Shown: positions 27,690-32,000 of the stretch, piece after piece | How positions within the stretch are numbered: position 1 is the first letter of the stretch | Layout: each line of letters opens with the position of its first letter | Assembly: GCF_000020025.1 (NCBI RefSeq) | Contig: NC_010628.1 | Span: 1,470,001 to 1,502,000, forward strand | Length of the DNA: 32,000 bases | DNA from: Nostoc punctiforme PCC 73102 | GTDB lineage: Bacteria > Cyanobacteriota > Cyanobacteriia > Cyanobacteriales > Nostocaceae | Direction: 5' to 3' | The notes under the pieces: model-generated | The model's input: only the letters and a program-made list of their open reading frames with translations | What the model was told of the DNA's origin: nothing | Databases searched by the model: none | Program-made: the position numbers and the translations under genes

Positions 27690-28277
27690 ATGATTTTACA
27701 AACAGAAAAGCGCTACTACACCCCAGAAGAATATTTGGAATTAGAAGAGAAAGCTGAATATAAAAATGAATACAGAGATGGAGAAATTATTCCTATGACA
27801 GGGGGAACAACTAACCACAACAAAATTGCACTTAATTTTTGTCGCAAGTTTCCCTTGACAGTACAAGGACAAGATTATGAGATTTACATAGGCGATGTGA
27901 AATTATCAATACCCCGTTATCGCCTTTATACTTATCCTGATATTATAGTCATCAAAGGTAAGCCTATTTATGAGGGAACAGGTACAACAATTATTACGAA
28001 TCCCTTATTAATTGTTGAAGTCTTATCAAATTCAACTAAAAATTATGACAAAACAGATAAGTTTAAATATTATCGTTCAATTCCTGGTTTTCAAGAATAT
28101 ATTATGATTGACCAGTATAGTTTTGCTGTGGAACAATTTGCAAAGCAAGCAGAAGGTCAATGGATTTTTAAGGAATATGAAGGTGAAGATGCAGTTTTAG
28201 TCTTAGATTCTATCGATTTTCAAATTACCTTGCGTGATATTTACGAACGGGTAAATTTTGAGTTGATTGAGGAATAA
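27690..28277 (+). CDS. Uma2 family (DUF820) putative endonuclease
   Basis: It has YTPEEYLELEEKAEYKNEYRDGEIIPMTGGTTNHNKIALNF...PDIIVI...EVLSNSTKNYDKTDKFKYYRSIPGFQEYIMIDQ. I chose the start at MILQTEKRYY, because the upstream part of the ORF is AT-rich and low-complexity. Confidence 0.85.
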   Translation: MILQTEKRYYTPEEYLELEEKAEYKNEYRDGEIIPMTGGTTNHNKIALNFCRKFPLTVQGQDYEIYIGDVKLSIPRYRLYTYPDIIVIKGKPIYEGTGTTIITNPLLIVEVLSNSTKNYDKTDKFKYYRSIPGFQEYIMIDQYSFAVEQFAKQAEGQWIFKEYEGEDAVLVLDSIDFQITLRDIYERVNFELIEE

Positions 28278-28320
28278 AACCCCTTATACATCAGAAATGG
28301 GGAAAATTCAAATGATTTTA

Positions 28321-28410
28321 GGACTTACGCACAAGTTACGGAATAGCAAACCACAGAGGCACAGAGAGCACAGAGAAATCAGAGTTTGAGAGATCATTTG
28401 CGTAAGTACT
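28321..28410. repeat. Palindrome-bounded dispersed repeat with an internal CACAGAG iteration
   Basis: The arms are acttacgca (28323-28331) and tgcgtaagt (28399-28407). The interior is ccacagaggcacagagagcacagagaa. Confidence 0.6.
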
Positions 28411-28428
28411 AGATTTGTTATGCCGCGT

Positions 28429-28809
28429 TCATTCATGCACTGAAACTACTTCGCGTGACGCTAGGAAACCAAGGACAATTGCCACCAAGATCAATGCTGG
28501 AATGTCGCCAAAGAAGTGACCATGTTCCACAGGGTCAATCACTGCTTGTACCGCCATGATCAGTGCGTGAACAAAACTTGACCAGACGGTGAACCAGATT
28601 AAACTGAGATGCGCTTCTGGTTCTCGAGAAGCCCGTAGTAAAAATACACCAAGCGTCCCATAAATGCCAACGATCATCTGTTCGTATTCGTGTTGACCTG
28701 GTTGCCATGACCAGCCCGATGGCCAGATATTCATCAACGGATAAATCAGAAGAAAAGCAATTCCAACAACAACAAGGGCGATTTGCAAGTACCGATGCTG
28801 CTTATCCAT
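28429..28809 (-). CDS. Hypothetical small membrane protein (about 4 TM helices)
   Basis: 126-aa ORF with four hydrophobic segments. I recognise no motif. Confidence 0.5.
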   Translation of the reverse strand: MDKQHRYLQIALVVVGIAFLLIYPLMNIWPSGWSWQPGQHEYEQMIVGIYGTLGVFLLRASREPEAHLSLIWFTVWSSFVHALIMAVQAVIDPVEHGHFFGDIPALILVAIVLGFLASREVVSVHE

Positions 28810-28970
28810 TACTCCAACCTCACACTATTTTTTAAGGGTAGTTTCTACTAATGGAATGCCTACTTTTAATAGTATTCTCACTAGTGACACTTCAACTTGG
28901 GAGTGTTAGGAATCTTGATGTTTCTTGTGGTTTAAAGCTGATTCAACACTGAATCGTCTGCAAAACAATG

Positions 28971-28995
28971 GGCATCATTCACCCTGAATGATGCC
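28971..28995 (-). terminator. Hairpin downstream of the 29009-29421 gene
   Basis: Perfect 11-bp stem ggcatcattca/tgaatgatgcc with a ccc loop, 14 nt past the stop. On the minus strand it is followed by cattgtttt. Confidence 0.5.
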
Positions 28996-29008
28996 TACTT
29001 GTTGCTTG

Positions 29009-29421
29009 TTACGCAGTCTGTGTAGAAGCTGCTTTTGAGTCTGCGGTGGATTTTAACCGGGTGATAGTGGCTTTACGAATGCGTAGGCGTAGCCCGCCGC
29101 AGGCATCGTTTTTGCGTACTCCGCCTGTCATTTCATATTCCCGGCTGTCTTTGCCATACTTCAACACTACACCACTGACTAAGCGCTCTGAGGTTTCCCG
29201 AATGGTCTTTTCAAGGGTTTCTATTTTTTCCTTTGCTGAGTCAATGGCAGTTAGCATCATATTATACTCGTCAATCTGGTTGCGGAGTTGCCCAGTTAAC
29301 TCGGTTAAATGGTTTAAACTGATCGAATCACCAAAGTCGAGGCTGGAATTAATCGATTTAAATCCGATTACTCTCTGCTCGGTTTTTCTAGCACGGTAGA
29401 GCTTCTTTTTTGGCGTGGCAT
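29009..29421 (-). pseudogene. Frameshifted paralog of the 5070-5465 coiled-coil gene, also carrying an in-frame mini-repeat insertion
   Basis: The minus-strand ATG at 29421 gives MPRQKRSSTVLEKPSRE and then a stop. The homologous sequence continues in another frame as EQRVIGFKSINSSLDFGD...KYGKDSREYEMTGGVRK. The frame change is at the gaaaaacc run near 29385. Confidence 0.6.
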
Positions 29422-29549
29422 TAATGCAGACTTTTTACTAAACTTTATCTTTCTAGAGTGTCTCAATGGAACAGTATAGTGGTTCAGTAAAACTTGCAAA
29501 ATAAGGTGTTTTTTGTAACAAGATTGGATTGGTAGTTCAGTAATTACAC

Positions 29550-29759
29550 GACAATAGGCTTGTGTTTTGAACGAATAAGCTCGTGTTCTGAACAAATAAG
29601 CTCGTGTTCTGAACGAATAGGCTCGTGTTCTGAACGAATAGGCTCGTGTTCTGAACGAATAGGCTCGTGTTCTGAACGAATAGGCTCGTGTTCTGAACAA
29701 ATAGGCTCGTGTTCTGAACGAATAAGCTCGTGTTGTGGACGAATGGACTTGTCTGCTTG
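29550..29759. repeat. 21-bp tandem repeat, 10 units (acgaataggctcgtgttctga)
   Basis: Units are in phase at 29550, 29571, 29592 ... 29739. Central units are identical apart from a/g and c/a switches, and the end units are degenerate. Confidence 0.92.
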
Positions 29760-29848
29760 ATTACTTTTTAAACCTGAAGAAGCCCACCCCAAGAATAAGG
29801 CTACGGTGTACATAGAAGTCTGAAATAGCTGATTAACCAAGGTTTTAC

Positions 29849-29929
29849 CCCACCCTAACCCCCCTTTCCAAGGGGAGGGAACTGGATTTCTTGTTTCCCC
29901 CCTTTCCAAGGGGGGATTAAGGGGGGTAA
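29849..29929. repeat. Poly-C/poly-G hairpin mini-element (CCCCCCTTTCCAAGGGG type), same class as the cores at 4789-4895 and 16235-16318
   Basis: The sequence is ccccaccctaacccccctttccaaggggagggaactggatttcttgtttcccccctttccaaggggggattaagggggg. Confidence 0.7.
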
Positions 29930-29958
29930 TTCGACCGAGCAAAGAGGGGCTTGTGATA

Positions 29959-30243
29959 TTATTGATCCTCAGAACGGCGATGTTTGGGTAACAGGCTCTT
30001 TTTCTGTTTTTCTTGCAAACTGCTGGCTTGTTTCAGGACTGGAATACACTGGTTAATCATCCAGATTAAAACCTCGATTGGTGAGTCTCCTTGCTGAATG
30101 CGGTTTTCGGCATTTACGCCAATTAACATTGTTTGCAGAATTAACAAGAAAGCATAGGCGTAGCCCGCACTTCGGCTGCGCTCAGTGGCCCTCGTAGACA
30201 TCGCTCTTTGATTTGCACTTTGACCACGTTTTTTAGCTGACAT
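29959..30243 (-). CDS. Doubtful small ORF (94 aa) containing a repeat-derived segment
   Basis: The ORF exists, but residues STRATERSRSAGYAYA are encoded by the dispersed element ggcgtagcccgcacttcggctgcgctcagtggcc (30159-30193). I recognise no motif. Confidence 0.25.
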   Translation of the reverse strand: MSAKKRGQSANQRAMSTRATERSRSAGYAYAFLLILQTMLIGVNAENRIQQGDSPIEVLIWMINQCIPVLKQASSLQEKQKKSLLPKHRRSEDQ

Positions 30244-30393
30244 CTGAATTCACCTTGTTTTTGGGTTTACAAGGTCAATTATTTTTTTGGGTGTTTCCCC
30301 AGACACATCCCCCACGCAACGTCTATAATGCTTGTATCGTCAGGTTTTGCGGCTTGGGGAAGCTTGTTTGGGTAATTAAAAATTATTTGGCTG

Positions 30394-31002
30394 ATGTCAA
30401 GAAATATTCGTGGAGATGAATCAGCTTTAGAGAATGTACTCAGTCTCGTAGAAGCATTGCTGCAACTGTCGGTAGAGCAAGACTGTGAATCAAAACTTCC
30501 ACTTTGCGTTGTCTGGAATGCTGATAAGCTGCGAATTACCGGATATAAAAGCGAACAGACAAGAGGAAACAGAAGCAAAACAACTGAAGTTGGTACAAAA
30601 AAGGAATATTTACTCAAACTGATTAAAGATGCTGGCAAAACTTTAAAACTTCCCCAGCAAAAAGCGGAACCTAACGTTTCTCAGAAAGAAAGAGAATTAG
30701 ACGAGCTTCAAACTGCACTCGACTGGTTGAAAGAGTTGGGAGTGCGAGAAGATCAAAAATCTACAAAAAGTCAAGGTTATTGGAAATTTACCCTGACGCT
30801 AAAACATCAGACAGCGACAATAAAAGAGAATCTGGAGGTGGTTAAGCAGAATTGGAAGGAACACCCAAAGACGAATTTAAAAGAAACATCCCAGGTACAA
30901 ACAACAGATAATACTTCGATTGGCAAGAAATCTGCGGCGCTATGCTGGAAAAGCACAAGCGTCTCACCACAAATGAGTTGCTGTTTGCTGATGATGAGAT
31001 GA
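30394..31002 (+). CDS. Putative N-terminal module of the NACHT protein, currently a separate ORF; unknown domain. After about 30910 the reading frame is probably not the native one.
   Basis: 202-aa ORF containing ...LDWLKELGVREDQKSTKSQGYWKFTLTLKHQTATIKENLEVVKQNWKEH.... Its last ~30 codons overlap the start of the NACHT frame. Confidence 0.5.
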   Translation: MSRNIRGDESALENVLSLVEALLQLSVEQDCESKLPLCVVWNADKLRITGYKSEQTRGNRSKTTEVGTKKEYLLKLIKDAGKTLKLPQQKAEPNVSQKERELDELQTALDWLKELGVREDQKSTKSQGYWKFTLTLKHQTATIKENLEVVKQNWKEHPKTNLKETSQVQTTDNTSIGKKSAALCWKSTSVSPQMSCCLLMMR

Positions 31003-32000
31003 AATTTGAGCTAGAGGCAATTCATGTCCCTTTAGCATTAGTGGAGCGTAACAAACCGAAGAAGTGGAGCGAGGATATTTCCCCAGAACAAGGTTCGCAA
31101 CTTTACGAACCGAGTTATGAAGAGAAGCAGCGATTTGAACATAAGGCTTTTTTAGAGCAAATTATCGGTGATGGTGTTGGTAAAACTCAAGGACACCGCA
31201 TCGGTTTAATTGGGGAACCCGGTGCGGGAAAAACTACTCAGTTGCAAACTATAGCTTTTTGGATATTAGACAAGAATCTGGGTTTACCAATTTGGATTTC
31301 TTTGGCAGACTTGCAAGGAAAGAGTGTAGAAAATTATCTGCTACAAGATTGGCTGAAGAATGCTTTAGAAGTGGTGCGTGTAAAAGAAGAACAGGAAAAC
31401 GCTTTCGCAGATTTATTCAAGAATAATCGTGTGTGGTTGTTGTTGGATGCAGCAGATGAAATGTCTTCACCCCAACCATTAACTGAGATTTCCCAGCAGT
31501 TGACGGGATGGGTGAAAAATGCGCGGGTTGTGCTGACTTGTCGAGTGAATGTTTGGGAAGCAAACGCCAACGCTTTAGAAAATTTTGAGACGTATCGGTT
31601 ACTCAATTTTGAATATCCGCAAGACGTGAAAAAATTTATTCGGCGTTGGTTTCACAACAAGGATGCAGACAAAGGGGAAAGATTATGGCAGGAATTAGAT
31701 AAAGCTGAACGTCAGCGCATCCAAGATTTAGTGAAAAATCCTTTGCGGTTAGCGCTGTTGTGTAGCACTTGGCAAGGTTCAGATAAAGGTTTACCGGAAA
31801 CTAAAGCCGGACTTTATCAGCAGTTTGTGGAAGAGGTTTACAAGTGGAAAGAAAACCGCTTCCCTACCACCGAACAGCAGCAACAAGAATTAAACGCAGC
31901 GTTGGGACGTTTGGCAAAACGGGCAATTGATCAAGAAACGTCACGGTTTCGGCTACGACATAAGTTTGTGCGTGAGGAATTAGGTGATGCAAAACAGCAA
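30942..32000 (+). CDS. NACHT-family STAND NTPase, 3'-partial (runs off the window)
   Basis: My own translation of the frame starting at ATG 30942 is open to 32000. It has Walker A GLIGEPGAGKTT, Walker B VWLLLDAADE, and NPLRLALLCSTW. This ORF is not in the supplied track because no stop codon lies within the window. Confidence 0.85.
   Translation, partial: MLEKHKRLTTNELLFADDEMKFELEAIHVPLALVERNKPKKWSEDISPEQGSQLYEPSYEEKQRFEHKAFLEQIIGDGVGKTQGHRIGLIGEPGAGKTTQLQTIAFWILDKNLGLPIWISLADLQGKSVENYLLQDWLKNALEVVRVKEEQENAFADLFKNNRVWLLLDAADEMSSPQPLTEISQQLTGWVKNARVVLTCRVNVWEANANALENFETYRLLNFEYPQDVKKFIRRWFHNKDADKGERLWQELDKAERQRIQDLVKNPLRLALLCSTWQGSDKGLPETKAGLYQQFVEEVYKWKENRFPTTEQQQQELNAALGRLAKRAIDQETSRFRLRHKFVREELGDAKQQ

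Noticed and set aside
30279-30638. 119-aa minus-strand ORF overlapping the start of the NACHT N-terminal module
   Set aside because: It is antisense to a more plausible coding frame, and its composition is low-complexity and Ser/Cys-rich.

Overview
The window looks like chromosomal DNA from a filamentous, heterocyst-forming (Nostocales) cyanobacterium. Supporting signs seen directly in the sequence are many GCGATCGC (HIP1) palindromes, heptameric STRR repeats, an RNase P RNA with an AT-rich heptamer hairpin in P12, a fraC-fraD-fraE-like operon, and dense small palindromic dispersed repeats. The middle (about 5.5-28.8 kb) is mostly housekeeping: fraCDE-like genes, a double CobA/CobO-like protein, an MraY/WecA-family transferase, CIRCE-controlled groEL2, corA, rnpB, rnc, a Gfo/Idh/MocA oxidoreductase, a sensor histidine kinase, a RibD_C-like reductase, a FemAB-like protein, a Psb32/TPM protein, sppA, type-2 IPP isomerase and a Uma2 nuclease. 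Both ends carry NLR-like STAND NTPase loci. At the left end, a 134-aa protein with a hydrophobic N-terminal helix ends in a roughly 23-residue motif (YAATSGSGNASISDIN). That motif is repeated at the extreme N-terminus (YAATSATGNATITVTN) of the next gene, a 1212-aa P-loop STAND protein with 14 almost identical WD40 repeats. This matches the gene-pair architecture of amyloid (BASS/Bell-type, HET-S/NWD2-like) NLR signalling and is the best candidate for an immune or programmed-cell-death system here. At the right end, a NACHT NTPase runs off the window and is split by a frameshift from its putative N-terminal module. Each NLR locus lies next to one of two paralogous small coiled-coil genes (one frameshifted), a 21/42-bp tandem array and a poly-G/poly-C palindromic mini-element. 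No CRISPR array, tRNA, rRNA or transposase gene was recognised. All functional calls come from reading motifs by eye; no database search was possible.
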